NCBI RefSeq assembly: GCF_963921235.1
Contig: NC_086108.1
Span: forward strand, 76,138,001-76,202,000
Length of the DNA stretch: 64,000 bases
From: Mobula hypostoma
Taxonomy: Eukaryota
Reading direction: 5' to 3'
In this document: positions 49,384-61,660 of the stretch, one piece after another
Numbering within the stretch: the stretch's first letter is position 1
Layout: each line of letters starts with the position of its first letter
Translations under genes and position numbers: made by a program
The notes under the pieces: model-generated
The model's input: only the letters and a program-made list of their open reading frames with translations
The model's database searches: none
What the model was told of the DNA's origin: nothing

Positions 49384-50814
49384 CTCAGATGTGTAGTGAT
49401 GGTTATTGTATAGGGAACCTGGTTCTGCTCTGGATAGCCAGCTCCATTTCTCATCTTTCTCTGCCATAAGAATAGATTTAAAAAAACAGCTTCTAAAGTC
49501 CAAATAACTTTTCTTTGTAAGATTCAATGATATAGTTACTTAGTGCAGGAACAGAAGTTAAGTAATTGCAAATTGCTGGCAATATTTAAAGAACGTGTCT
49601 GTAATATAATTGTTATTTTTCCATGGGGAAATCCAAAATAAGGATGATTTCAGAGAGACCATTGTATTTAAATGCATTTTAATATATTTATTTAAATACT
49701 GCTGAGATATAATAAATGATTTATCCCTATAAAAATCTTAAAAATGTTTCTTAAGATCTGAATGGCTTTACAATATTAGAATGTGGTTATGATATGCATG
49801 TAAGAGAGCCTGAAATCAATTGTTAATTGCTAAGTCGTCACCACAGAGACTTTAGCATAGAAATTCGATCTTGTTGCAGGTTTTTTAAGCAGTACAAGTC
49901 TGAAATGCTTCATAAAATCAATTCCAAATTGCATTTGGTCGATTGCAGCAAGCCATGCGCATATTGAAAGACTTCATCAAGTTTTCTATGTATGCCACCC
50001 ATATTCACATGAAACAGTGTTGAGTGACATCACTATCCTGCAAAGCACATTCAGTGCCTGCCCCAGATGGTTTCATTGGGAAGTTAGTTGGAGTAACATG
50101 GGATCAACTAGGATTATAAGTGGAGCTACAATACTTCTAGAAGTATTCTCTCAATATTAAGGTGTATCCATTTTTAAAATTTTGTTGCTCCAGCATGAAT
50201 GTGAACAGGACGTGATTAGCTGGAAATAAAAGCTCTGGAGCTTCTGTGTTTCTCTAAAAGCAAATTCCACTCACCCTGCACTCGGATGAGGAACAGTATT
50301 TCCAAAAGCTAAAATTTTCTAAGGCAATTGTGACTGAGATCTTCCACTGTCTACAGTAATGCTGCAGCTGGGTCTATGTTCCTGTAGAAGTAAAGTTAAG
50401 TGTTGTCCAGGACTAATTGGTTTTCAAATCATTCCACTCAATGGTGGCTGATGTCTGTTGTGCACATTGCTGTATTCAGTTATGGAGGTCTTAGAGTTCA
50501 TCATCTCTCTTATTGGAGAGCAATAGGTACAGTGGTGGCATCTGAAGTTCAGAGGAAATAAAATTATGTGCACACATTATATTAAGGGCTATATATGTAA
50601 ACAAAGGAAAAGCAATTAATCATATAGGCATGTTCAAGATCACAACAATATTCACCCATGGTCAGTGCTATGCACCTGGGATTTTTGAATGCTTCTTCCA
50701 GCCTGAAGTTGCTTTTTCTGCATGGCACATTTCTACCCTATGCTGGACATCTAGCTTTTTGAAAACACAGATTTTCTCCATTCTTGAAACCTCACTCCAG
50801 TCTGGATTTCCTAC

Positions 50815-51135
50815 GTAGGTGGTAGAATGGCATAGAGCTAGTAGAGCTGCTGCTTCACAGCTTTGGTAACCTGTGTTTATTCTCGACTTCCACCACCAGA
50901 TTTCCAGTGCTCACATTCTCCATGTATTCATGTGAGTTTGTTGTAGACCTCAATGTACTTCACATTCCAAAGGTTAACTAGACATCATAAATTGCCCCTA
51001 GTGGGTGTATGAAGTGTAGAATTGGGAAAAGGAGGAAAATTGATAGGTATGTGGGGAGTGTAACTGTGATTAGTGTAAATAGCTTCTTGGAGATCGCACT
51101 GGAGTCCAACATGTTTCTGTGCTGTATGACTTCAT
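50815..51135 (+). mobile_element. Degenerate V-SINE/HE1-like copy
   Basis: tRNA-like head, CACATTCCAAAG, TAAATTGCCCCTAGTG and a CR1-type tail GTTTCTGTGCTGTATGAC. Confidence 0.6.
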
Positions 51136-51819
51136 GAGATCTATGGCATCTTTGAAAATTATATGTTAAAATATAATATATGTAGGCCCACAAATGCCTG
51201 TCTGCAGCATAAAGAAACATTTGCATCAAAAGGACTGACCCATAACATTTAATCATTTCTGTATCTCTAAGGAGATTTCACTACATGGATTTCTGCAATT
51301 TTAGAGCTTGTTTTATGTATTTCCAGTTTGCCTGAATGATCAATCTCAGCTGCACATTAGATAACAATGCACAGAATGCAACATGGTCACACAGGTCAAC
51401 TCTGGTTGCCAAATGACAACTTTTCATTAGAAGGTGGCACAAAGGAAACTGAAGCCTAACAGTCTGTATTGAAGCATTTCACACCGTAAAATTTCAAAAT
51501 GTTTACATTCACTGCAATTTAAATATATCACCTCATTTAATTTAACCCCAATCAATCTTTTTTTTAAATTTCAAAGTGGATAAAAATTGTCTGCATTTTA
51601 CTGATTACAATAGAAGAGATTGAATATAACTGCATATCTCTTGAGTTTCATAGTTTAAACCTATCCTCAAGGTTTGTTTATTTTGGAGTATTTGGAAAAA
51701 ATTGAAAGCATTTCCTTTTTTGTCCGTCAATTTTTAGGTTGACCATGTTGCCGTGGAAAAGGCTATATATTTAATAATTCATTAGCTAAAATTACCAACC
51801 AGGCAGTGGCTTTTTGGAG

Positions 51820-52490
51820 ACAGAAACGGTTAATGTTATAGGTTGATAATCTTTCACCCATACTGGGAAAAGTTATAAATGAAACAAATTTTGGTTTGCC
51901 ACTGTGGTGTCTGCTGAAAGAGATTGGCAATATTTGTTAGTTCTAGTTCCTCTGTTTGGAGGAGGCGAAACTGGAAGGAAATGAATGAAAATAGTGAGGG
52001 AAAAAAAGGATGAAAATGAATAATTCTGGACTGGTGAGGTACAAAATATTGCAGGTGCTAGAAATCTGAATGCTGAAATCTATTAAGTCTTTCTCTTCCC
52101 ATAGGTGCTGCGTGACCTGCAGAGTGTTTCCGGCATGTTCTGATGTATGGGATGTTTCAGGTTGATATTCCTTCAGAACGGACCAGTTTTAACTCAAAGT
52201 AGAAAGGCTGGTTATCTAAATTGTTGAATTCAGTGTTGAGTCTTGTGAGCTGTACCAAACCTTGTTGAAAGATGAGCCGTTACTTCTTGAGCTTCTTTTG
52301 AATTTTGTTGAACAGTGTAAGAGTCCAGGGGAAGAATTCAGAATTGAAGTTACAGGCAGCTGGAAGCTAAGATTCACGCCTATGGACTGAACTAAGTTGT
52401 TCTGCAAAGTGTCACTGTGTCCGTTAGAATTCGCCTGTGTGGAGCATGCCATATGATGAGTATAAAATGCTGTGCTCTAACTTGGAGGAG
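51820..52490 (-). mobile_element. Old Penelope-like remnants including the GIY-YIG C-terminus
   Basis: On -, ~52216-52490 gives QLPVT..., PGLLHCS and RLIFQQG...LNTEFNN-like peptides. Terminal-repeat-like pieces at 51820-52190. Confidence 0.55.
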
Positions 52491-53959
52491 TTTCTGCTTA
52501 ATTAAGAGGTTAATTTGATATGATCCTTGTGTGAAAAGTTTGTTCTAACAAGTGTCTGATTTACACATTTGCATTCCTGATTTGTTCTGTAGTAAAGTTT
52601 ATGATTTTGGGAAGGATCTGAGTGAAAGCCAAAGCTGAGATCTGGGTGGCACATTTAACAATAGTGTAGAGAGTATGCAGGAGGACTGACTGTATTTTGC
52701 ACACAGGAATGGGAAACACAAGTTTCAAAATCTCAAGACTAGATCTTTCCAAATAGCTTAAGCGCATAAAATCAACTGAAAGATCGCTGTCATTGCCAGA
52801 CATTTATTTGTACGAAATTGGACTAGTCTCTATTTCACATAATTGTTTTGCAAGTTATCTTAAAAATGCTTGATTAACTTAATTCTATCTTTGCTGCTAA
52901 TGTCAGTCCAAGATTATCGGAATGTAGAGAGTATAGAGATGCTCAGTATTAACAGGAAGTTCAGTGGTTTATTTCTTGTTTGGTGGACTTGGCCAAGTAC
53001 ACTAGATAACATTTCCATCAATTAGTTTGCAATCAGTGGAAATCCATCATTCATATCTTCTCAAAATTGCCTTTTTCCTTTAGTGATTTGAACACATCTT
53101 CCTTCAGTAAGGCAATATCTGTCATGAGAGCAAATAGAGAAATCTTGAATTTGAATCAGATACATAGTTGTGGCTTTGGTGTAGTTAATGAATATTAATG
53201 GGTCTCTCTGATGTTCTTTATATAAATCAGTATAAAATTGAACAGAATGTCAGTTTTGAAAAGTTGGGAATGAAGATTTGCTGCAGGGCATTTTCAGTGG
53301 TGTACAAAATAGTTAAAATGTTAAATACAGCTTTGACCTTTACTGGCTGATTAAACAATGAAGATGGCATTAGATTAGAATAAGACTGAAGGTCAAACCA
53401 ATTCACTGTACAACCATTTTAGAGTGCTTCACATATTGTTTTTACCTCCAACCTACCCCATGACACCTGTTTCCCCCTCCCCCCAAAAAATTCCCTGTAC
53501 TTGGAAAAAATGAAAAAATAATCTGGTTTTGGTAATTTGGGATTCTTCCAAATTTGAGAATTGAAAATGCTTTTGCAAAATTTTAAATGTTCTATGCAGT
53601 TGTAATACTTCTTGATGTGAACCTCTGTTAAGTTTGGATAGTTCTTGGGTGACTGAATTGCAACAGTCTGTCAGAGGAGCCAAGTTTGGATCAACGTCTT
53701 CATCGCAATTACACTACTTTGGTGGAAGAGATAAAGGTGGTAGTAGCTGATACTAAGATGCCTAATATGTTTTGAAGATGCTGCTATATGGAATTATGAA
53801 GTTACTCAAACCTAACTGTAGTACTAAGCTATTGAATACAGAGTTTTAAATTTCTGAAAAGTTAAACTTGCTATTATCTCCTAGGGAGTTAAAGTTCTTC
53901 AATATTAGAGAGTATCTGTTAGGATAATTCGAAAGTTCCGGAAAGAACAATTTTTGTAA

Positions 53960-54482
53960 GCCTACAGAAAGTAGTGGATACACCCCAGTCCATGATGGTA
54001 AACCCCTCACCGCCACTGAGGAGAGCTGTCACAGGAAAGAAACATCCATCATCAAGGACTTGCACTATCCAGGCCATGCTCTCTTCTCCCTGCTGTCATC
54101 AGACAGGAATCACAGGAGTCTCGGGTGCCACACCACCAGGTTCAGGAACAGTTACTTCCCATCAACAGTCAGGCTCTTGAACTAAAGGGAATAACTTCAC
54201 TCACCCCAAAACTGAATTAGGTCTACAACCTATGGACTCACTTTCAAGGACTCTAACTCATGTTCTCGATACTTGATGCTTATTTATTATTATTTCGTTT
54301 ATGTCTCTTTTGTATTTGCACTGTTTGTTATCTTTTGCACATTGATTGTTTGTCCATCTTTGTTGTGTGTGGCTTTTCATTGATTCTAATGTACATCTTC
54401 ATTACCACTATGTATGTCTGCAAGAAATTGAATCTCAATGTAGTATATGATGACATATATGTACTTTGATAATAAATTTACT
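53960..54482 (+). mobile_element. Rex1/Babar LINE 3' fragment
   Basis: SIIKD.HYPGHALFSLL and TTRFRNSYFP-like coding. 3' UTR ends GATAATAAATTTAC. Confidence 0.7.
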
Positions 54483-55999
54483 TAGAGCTTTACAAAGACA
54501 AAAGCATGCTTCATTCTTCCAATTTTTATTTCTCTTCCTAATAACTACCTTCAATTCATTTACATCTTGCCCCCAACTCAATGTCTCAATTATTCATCAT
54601 TCGTGTACCCTCCACAGCTCTGAGCAACCTTTAACAAAGTCACACATCATATCTTGTGTGACTGTGATCATAGTTAACTATCTCTCAACATTCTTCACAT
54701 TAGTCTGAAGAGAATTGCCTGCCATGGCTTTACTTCTTTTCCTTTGCTACACTTTTTTTTCAAACTCCAGCAGTATTATCCGAAAACATTCTGAGGATGG
54801 ATATGTATGCAGTTGGTACCCAACTGTCTTTTCACAATTGGTCCTTCTATTTCCCATGATTCACTACTTGATGGACATCTACTTCTTGATAAGCAGAAAA
54901 CGCCTCCAGTTAGATATTGGGAAGAACATAACTATTGTCTTCATTTCTGCTATATTTTCCATTTTCTAATCATTGATTCCTTTACTTTCTGGGTCCTTTC
55001 TGATACTGAACCATTTTGATTGTCACAACAATAACTTGTTTAACCTGGGTGAGCTCTTGACATGTATCCTGTCCATTAATGATGCTCCATCTGTCATTGA
55101 CAGTTTTCAAGGCTGTCCAGTCTAACCTTTCACAATCTGTAAACTTAAACTCATCCATAACTCTGTTTAATGTAAACTGTAGTGACACTGAAATTTCTAA
55201 TTAGGCATGACAGAAGAAAGTGAACACAGATTTTGTTGAATATAGAGAGAAGTAATAAGATGGGGTGGGGATATTTTCTATGGAGATACTTTTTAGGACT
55301 TCCCTTGCTCTCCTCACCAATGTCTTTCCAGAAGTAATAAAGGAGTAAGTAACCAAAATTAACATAATCAAAAATTTTAACGCTGAAAATCTTTTAAAGA
55401 GTTTGATTAAAATATAGTTTGGAAATTCAATATGGTGACCTAAGGAACTAGTTAAGGAATATTTATAGCCTTACCATGACTACATGTAAGACAATGATTA
55501 CATCTGTGCAATAGTTAGATTAAAATTATTTTTTTCCTTTTTGTTAAATATAGGAAAGCTTGGTTCCTGACTGAAAAGTACAAATTTTTTCCTTGGAATT
55601 AAACCTTAACGAATTGTGCTAAACTTAGTCCTATTAACAGATTGGATAGTTTTGTGTAAGGTGTTGGAATCTGAATTAGTATGATAGTGGTATGAATGGA
55701 ATTCGTATACTAATGTTTTAGTACCTTTCATAATTCCTTTATGGTAGATTTGTATAAGCTTTGCTGATTCACACTAATTAAATGATCCCAGATTTTCAAT
55801 TACAAAACATATATTTATAATAGCAGCTATCTAGTAATTTCTGTTCATCAATTTTATTAAGCAAAATATTTCTGGTCGGATAATTGCAAGGTATTGTATT
55901 TTGGGAAGGCAAATGAAGGTAGGACTTCCGCACTGATGGTAGAACCTTTGCGAAAGTACAGATACATCGTTCTATGAAAGTATCGTCACAGGTAGACAA

Positions 56000-57990
56000 C
56001 GTGGTTTAGAAGGGTTTTGGTATGCTGGCTTTATCAGTCAGAGCATTAAGTACGAAAGTTGGGATGTTATGTTGCAGTTCTACAAGATGTTGGTGAGGCC
56101 ACGTTTGATAAATTGATTTACTATTGTCACATGTACTGAAGTACAGAGAAAAGCTCGTCTTGCATACCACCCATGCAGATCAATTTATTACAACAGTGCA
56201 TTGAGATCGTACAAGGAAAAACAATAGTAGAATGCAGAATAAAGTGTATAGTTCTGAGAAAATATAGTGCAGGTAGGTCCTAAGGTGTAAGATCACAACA
56301 AGGTAGAACTGAGAAGTCAAGAGTCCATCTTATCTGACTAAAAAAACATTCAGTGGTGTTATAACAGCAGGGTAGAAGCTGTCCTTAAGCCTGCTGTTGC
56401 ATGCATTTTCAAGCTTTTGTGTCCTGTGCTTGATGGGAGAACTGGATGGGAAGACAAGAAAATGCCCAGAGTGGGCAAGATCTTTGATTCTGCTGACTGC
56501 TTTACTGAGGCAACGAAAAGTGGAGACAAAGGCTACTGAGGGGAAGCCGGTTTCTGTGATGTGCTGAGCTGTGTCCACAACTGCATTTTATGTGTTGTTG
56601 GGTAGAGGAGTTGCATTACTGAACTCTCCATGCTTTCTATGGTGCATGTATAATAATTAGTAAGGATCAAAGGGAACTTGCCTTTTTTTTTGTAACTTCG
56701 TAAGGAAGTAGAGGTGTCAATGAGCTTTTTTGACAGTGATGTCAGTGTGGCTAGATCAGGACAGCCTATTGGTGATGTTCAATCCTAGGAACTTGAAACT
56801 CTGTCAACCTCAGATCTGGACTTTGACTCCCAGAAACTTGAAATTGCTCACTCTCCCATTTCTGATCCCTCTGAGGATTGGTTCGTGTTCCCTTGTCTCA
56901 CCTTTCCTGAAGTCCACAATCATCTTTTTCATCTTGCTGACGTTGAGTGTGAGGTTGTTCTGTGACACCACTCAACTGACTGGTATATCTCGCTCCTCTA
57001 TGCTCTCTCATCTCCATCTGAGATTCTACCAACAATGGTTGAGTCATCAGCAAAGTTATAGATGGCATTTGAGCTATACCTATCCACACAGTCATCAAGA
57101 TAGAAAGGGTGGTAAAAGGTGGGGGGAGGTGAGGTTATTGCAATACTGATCAGCTAGAGTCAAAAAGAGCCCTTGAAGATTATAAGGAAGCCAGAAAAGA
57201 CTTCAAGAAGGGAATTAAGAAAACCAGGAGGGTCCAGGAAAAGTCCTTGACAAGTAGGATTACAGACGATCCCAGGGCATTCTATACACACATCAAGAGC
57301 AAGAGGATAGCCAGGAAGAGGGCAGAATAAAAGGGGGAACATTTGCTTGGATGCAGAGCATATGGGTGAGCTCCTTAATGGGTATTTTACATCAGTATTT
57401 ACCAAGGAGTAGGATGTGGAAGATGGAGAGATCAGTGCTGAGCATATTAATATTCCAGAGCATGTTGCTGTAAAGAAGGAGGATTTGATGGGTCTTTCAA
57501 AGAGTTTCAAGGTGGAATATTGCATACAGTTTTGGTCACCCCATTATGGGAAGGATGTTGAGGCCTTGGAGGGTGGGTGGATGCTGAGGAGATTTACTAG
57601 GATGCTGCCTGGATGAAATGGCATGTGCTATAACAAGATGTTGGACAAACTTGGGTTGTTTTCTCTGGAGTGGCGGAGGCACAGATAGAGTAGACAGACA
57701 GTATCCTTTCCCCAGGATTGAAATGTCTAATACCAAAGGGCATGCATTTAAGGTGAGAGGTAATTTCAAAGGAGATATGAGGGGGAAGTGCTGCCTGGGG
57801 TGGTGATAGAGGCAGATACATCAGAGATTTTTAAGAAGTGTGTGGATAGGCACAGGAATCTGAGGAAAATGGAAGGATATGGACATTGTGAAGGGAGAGG
57901 GTATTAGATCAGTTGTCAACTTGATTACTAATTTAATTGGTTCAGCACAACATTGTTGGGCGTAGGGCTTGTTTCTCTGTGGCATGTCCA
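56000..57990. mobile_element. Nest of CR1 remnants (+, 56000-56105 and ~57100-57990) and Rex1/Babar fragments (-, ~56110-57100)
   Basis: CR1: GMLA..SQSIKY, VEYCIQFWSPHYGKDV, NTKGHAFK. Rex1: TAQHITETGFPS, RLKDSFYP, NFKFL. Confidence 0.7.
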
Positions 57991-58169
57991 TTTCGTCCTT
58001 CATTCCTTACATCCTTAAATTTTGTCAGCTTTGCTTCCCATTTCCCATTGTCATTTTACCCTTTCCACTTTCTTGATTTCTTTATCTCTGTTTCTGGTTA
58101 TAACCTTTCAACTAATAACCTCTGCAAGTGCACATTAGATATTAAATGCAGGCAACTTTGTAAAGGACA

Positions 58170-58372
58170 TAACTCAACCTCTCCCCTCTCCCCTCTCCCC
58201 TCTCCCACCTTCTGGCTTTTGGCCCCTTTCCTTCCGGTCCTGATGAAGGGGCTTGGCCTGAATCGTTGACTGACTGTCCATTCTTCACCATAGATGTTGC
58301 TTGACTTGCTGAGTTTCTCTAACATTTCGTATATGTTGCTTAGATTTCCAGCATCTACAGAATCTCATGTTA
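58170..58372 (+). mobile_element. Penelope-like terminal repeat
   Basis: GGTC-CTGATGA-AGGGGCTTGGCCT-GAAT-CGTT-GACT, then the family 3' tail. AACTTTGTAAA on both sides (58154-58164, 58374-58384). Confidence 0.75.
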
Positions 58373-59641
58373 TAACTTTGTAAAACATCTTTGTTCTGTC
58401 CACAGGCCTTACCCTGACATTCAATTTGCCTGTTGCTTTAATTTTTGACCCATATCCCACTCTGATTTCTCTGCCTTTATCATTCCTTTAAAAATGTTCC
58501 GTTGAATCTCGGAGTAAACTTGTGAACTGCATCTTTTTACAGATACAGATTTGATGTGGTGTTCGTTCAATAGTTTCCATCCACAGACCATCTTTAGCTG
58601 CTTCTCTGTTCCTCCTTGCATTATTATCCTTCTCTCCATTGAATTTTCTGCAGTCTTACTCCATCAGGGAGCTTTCTTTCTTTCCCACCCTCACTCTTCC
58701 TCTGCTTTATTTCGCTTGGAACTTGTAAGTTGCATCTTTTTATAGTCTGGTGGTAGGGTAGTGACTTGAAATTTTGATTCTGTTTTCCCTTCTACAAATC
58801 TTGCCTGACACGCTAAGTATTTCCAGCGTTTACTGATTTTATATATAGCTTATTCTTAATGTGAGACAGCACTATGGAAGATAATTTTGTTCTGGTACCA
58901 TTTGATTGTTATTGTTTATTGATTTTGCAGTTATGGGAACTATCTATACTTGAATGATATTATTTTGCAAGCTACATTTATCAATAAGGTCATCTATTCC
59001 CAACACATTTCTATCTCCCATTACATTTGTTTTCCTTTAAGTGGCACCCCATTGCTCCTATCTTCACAAGGCACTTTGACTAGTAGGGTCGTTAACACCT
59101 TAGGTTTGTATTAGTTTTGTTCCACTGTCTGTGAAAGTCACTTTGAAAGCCTCAGAGAAGAGGTGCTATATGGCCATTGGTATCCTTTCGCTTCCAAAAT
59201 AACCATGCAGTACGTGCTCTAGTTAGTTACTAGTATTTCCAAGTAGGTAAAGGTCATGAAATCAAAACTTCGTAGAGAAAAAAATATTAATTGATACAGA
59301 CTCCTGTGATCTTTTTGACTGTTTAAGATGTCAGTGAATGTAATGCTTTAGATGAAACTCAAACAAGCTCATGTTAACTATCGGGCATCCCAGATGAATT
59401 GACAGGTGCATTGAGATTTCCTTCAATTATCAATTGAGACAAGTCATTTTTCACCTTTATTGTTTGATTCACACTGGCAATCCAGTTAGTGCATAATCTC
59501 AGCTTTGGAAGAAGACCTTTATCTTTTTTGGGAAACAGTAATTGTTATTTTACTTACTACTCAAGCTTTCAGTTATTTAATAATGTTGATATCCCTGTTC
59601 ATGCAGAAATGTTTCATACATCCTCATTCTTGTTTTCACAG

Positions 59642-59701
59642 AGGAAGCGAAGAGAATCTGCTTCAAGCTGTTCTTCTGTAAAGAAATTGAAGAAGCCCTA
59701 A
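59642..59701 (+). CDS. DMAP1: DMAP1 last coding exon: RKRRESASSCSSVKKLKKP*
   Basis: Polypyrimidine tract plus cag|AGG. Matches the basic DMAP1 C-terminus. TAA ends at 59701. Confidence 0.96.
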   Translation, partial: RKRRESASSCSSVKKLKKP

Positions 59702-60198
59702 ACTAATCTTATAGTCTAGAAAAAGGGTGAAATGTGGTTAAGTGAACCATTTACTGCATAACAGTTATGCAGAAAGGCCATCAAAACCCCAGGAAAATTG
59801 GGAGCAGTGAGCACCAGTGATAAAATTATAAAACAGTGTTAGAAACCAATGAATATTGAGATCACGACAACAGGAAAAAAATACCTGCCAACCTATGTTC
59901 GGTAGAAGTTCCATCAAATACCCCAGCTGACCTAGAACTTAATTGACAGCACATTTTTCTTTTTTTCCTGAACTGGATTGCAGTCCTTTGGATACTTATA
60001 TAAATGTTTCCTCTCTATAGAAGGTTTTGTTCTTTGGGCAATGAATATCTTCGAGTGAAGAACACTGACATAACCAGAGCTTTGTTACAAATTATCCTCA
60101 AAGAAAGAAACTGCTGCAAGTATATACAGAATCGAGTTCCTAGGAATTGTTCAAATTACTTTGTAAACAGCTGTTGTAGTACAGAGATATCAATGTAG

Positions 60199-60204
60199 AA
60201 TAAA
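60199..60204 (+). promoter_or_regulatory. Probable DMAP1 polyadenylation signal (3' UTR ~59702-60225)
   Basis: First AATAAA I find after the stop, about 500 nt downstream, followed by T/GT-rich sequence. Confidence 0.6.
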
Positions 60205-60733
60205 ATATTTTTAAGAAAAAAATATTTGTGGATCATATGATTTGAAGTTGGTGGTAGAAATTCCTGTCAGGCTTGTGAATAGGGGTAATAATATTACAGA
60301 CGAACGTACACCTTGTGCACCTAACTTGAAACTTCTGTGAAGATGAGAGATTTGGATCACAATACTGCAATGTCATTGTTTTTCTATTGATTTCATCTTT
60401 CAGTTTTGTTTTCAGACAGCAATGCAGTAATTTGTTTCAGAACTTTAAAGCTATTTAAGTTATAACATTCCTGTTTTTTCTCTATTAATGGGGCTTGTGA
60501 GTTATTCTATCACTTCTTAAACTTTTTCCCACACTTTTAGTGCCTGTAACAATAGCAGTCCCTTTATTTTCAGTTCATTGGTTTCTGGGTCTTTCTCTCT
60601 CAGGTTGTGCCTGTTGTGCCTATATTTTCTTTTCCCTTTGTCAAGTGCCTCCTCTGATGAATTCTTGGGAAACTAACACCATAAGAGCACATGCCACGCA
60701 GTATATTTTTGCCTCTTTTGAGAAAAGAATAGT

Positions 60734-61660
60734 GAGATTTAAAGTACATTTATTATCAAAGTATGTATACAACCCTGAGATTCATCTTCCTGCACACAGC
60801 CATGAAACAAAGAAACACCATGGAACCTGTATAAAGAAAACAACAAACACCCAACGCGCAAAAAAAAGTCTCACAAATGGCAAAAAACGAGCAAGTAAAT
60901 ACACAGAATATTAAACATCAAACTACAGGGTCTTTGAAACAGTCTCGGAAAATTCTGTTCAGTTCAATTTTGTGCCGTGTCATTCATCGGCTGCAGAGCC
61001 AGTCCACCCTGATCAAAGTAGCACAAAATAGCAATAAGGACCAGCTAGAAACCAGAAACACATATAACATAAACTAAGGTCCTCTAAAAACAAGTCCAAT
61101 CCATAAACTGTGCCGATGAAACTTGTCCAAGACCCAAGGCTCCTAAACCTTCCTCTGGCAGCAGTGAGGGAGAGAGAAACCAGTCAAACACAGGCATACG
61201 CTGCTGAACACACTCACCTTCGGCTCTTCTCATTAATTTCAATCTTGCTTGATGCGTTAATTGGAGAGTTGGTTGAGAATTGGAGCCAATCATGGGTTCA
61301 CGCTCCAACATTAGGCTGCATGCTCCATTCCCAACCTTACTCTCAACCGTGCTGAATTCCCTTGAAGACGGCGAAAGTACCAGACCATTTAATTGGCCCA
61401 AAAACACATTATCAAAATGTAAATTACAGCCTCCACTCACAGACAGATTAGTAATAGAAATACATTTAAAAGAAGTAGTTTCAAGAACTGTCTGCAGGAT
61501 GTCGCCATTGGTCATTGACACCATCTTACCGTACGGGTGAATATTCAAGATTCGTGATTCAAAGTACATTTATTATCAAAGAATGTATAAATTATACAAC
61601 GTTGAGATTTGTTTGCTTACAGGTAGCCACAAAGTGTAAAATCCAAAAGAACCCAATTAA
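60734..61660 (-). mobile_element. Non-autonomous retroposon-like element plus a second truncated tail copy
   Basis: On - it begins AAGATGGTGTCAATGACCAATGGCGAC (~61527) and ends TTTGATAATAAATGTACTTT. The same tail recurs at ~61556-61625. Confidence 0.5.

Noticed and set aside
61084..61569. 161-aa minus-strand ORF as a novel gene
   Set aside because: It lies within a repeat-like element, has no recognisable domain and has no splice support.
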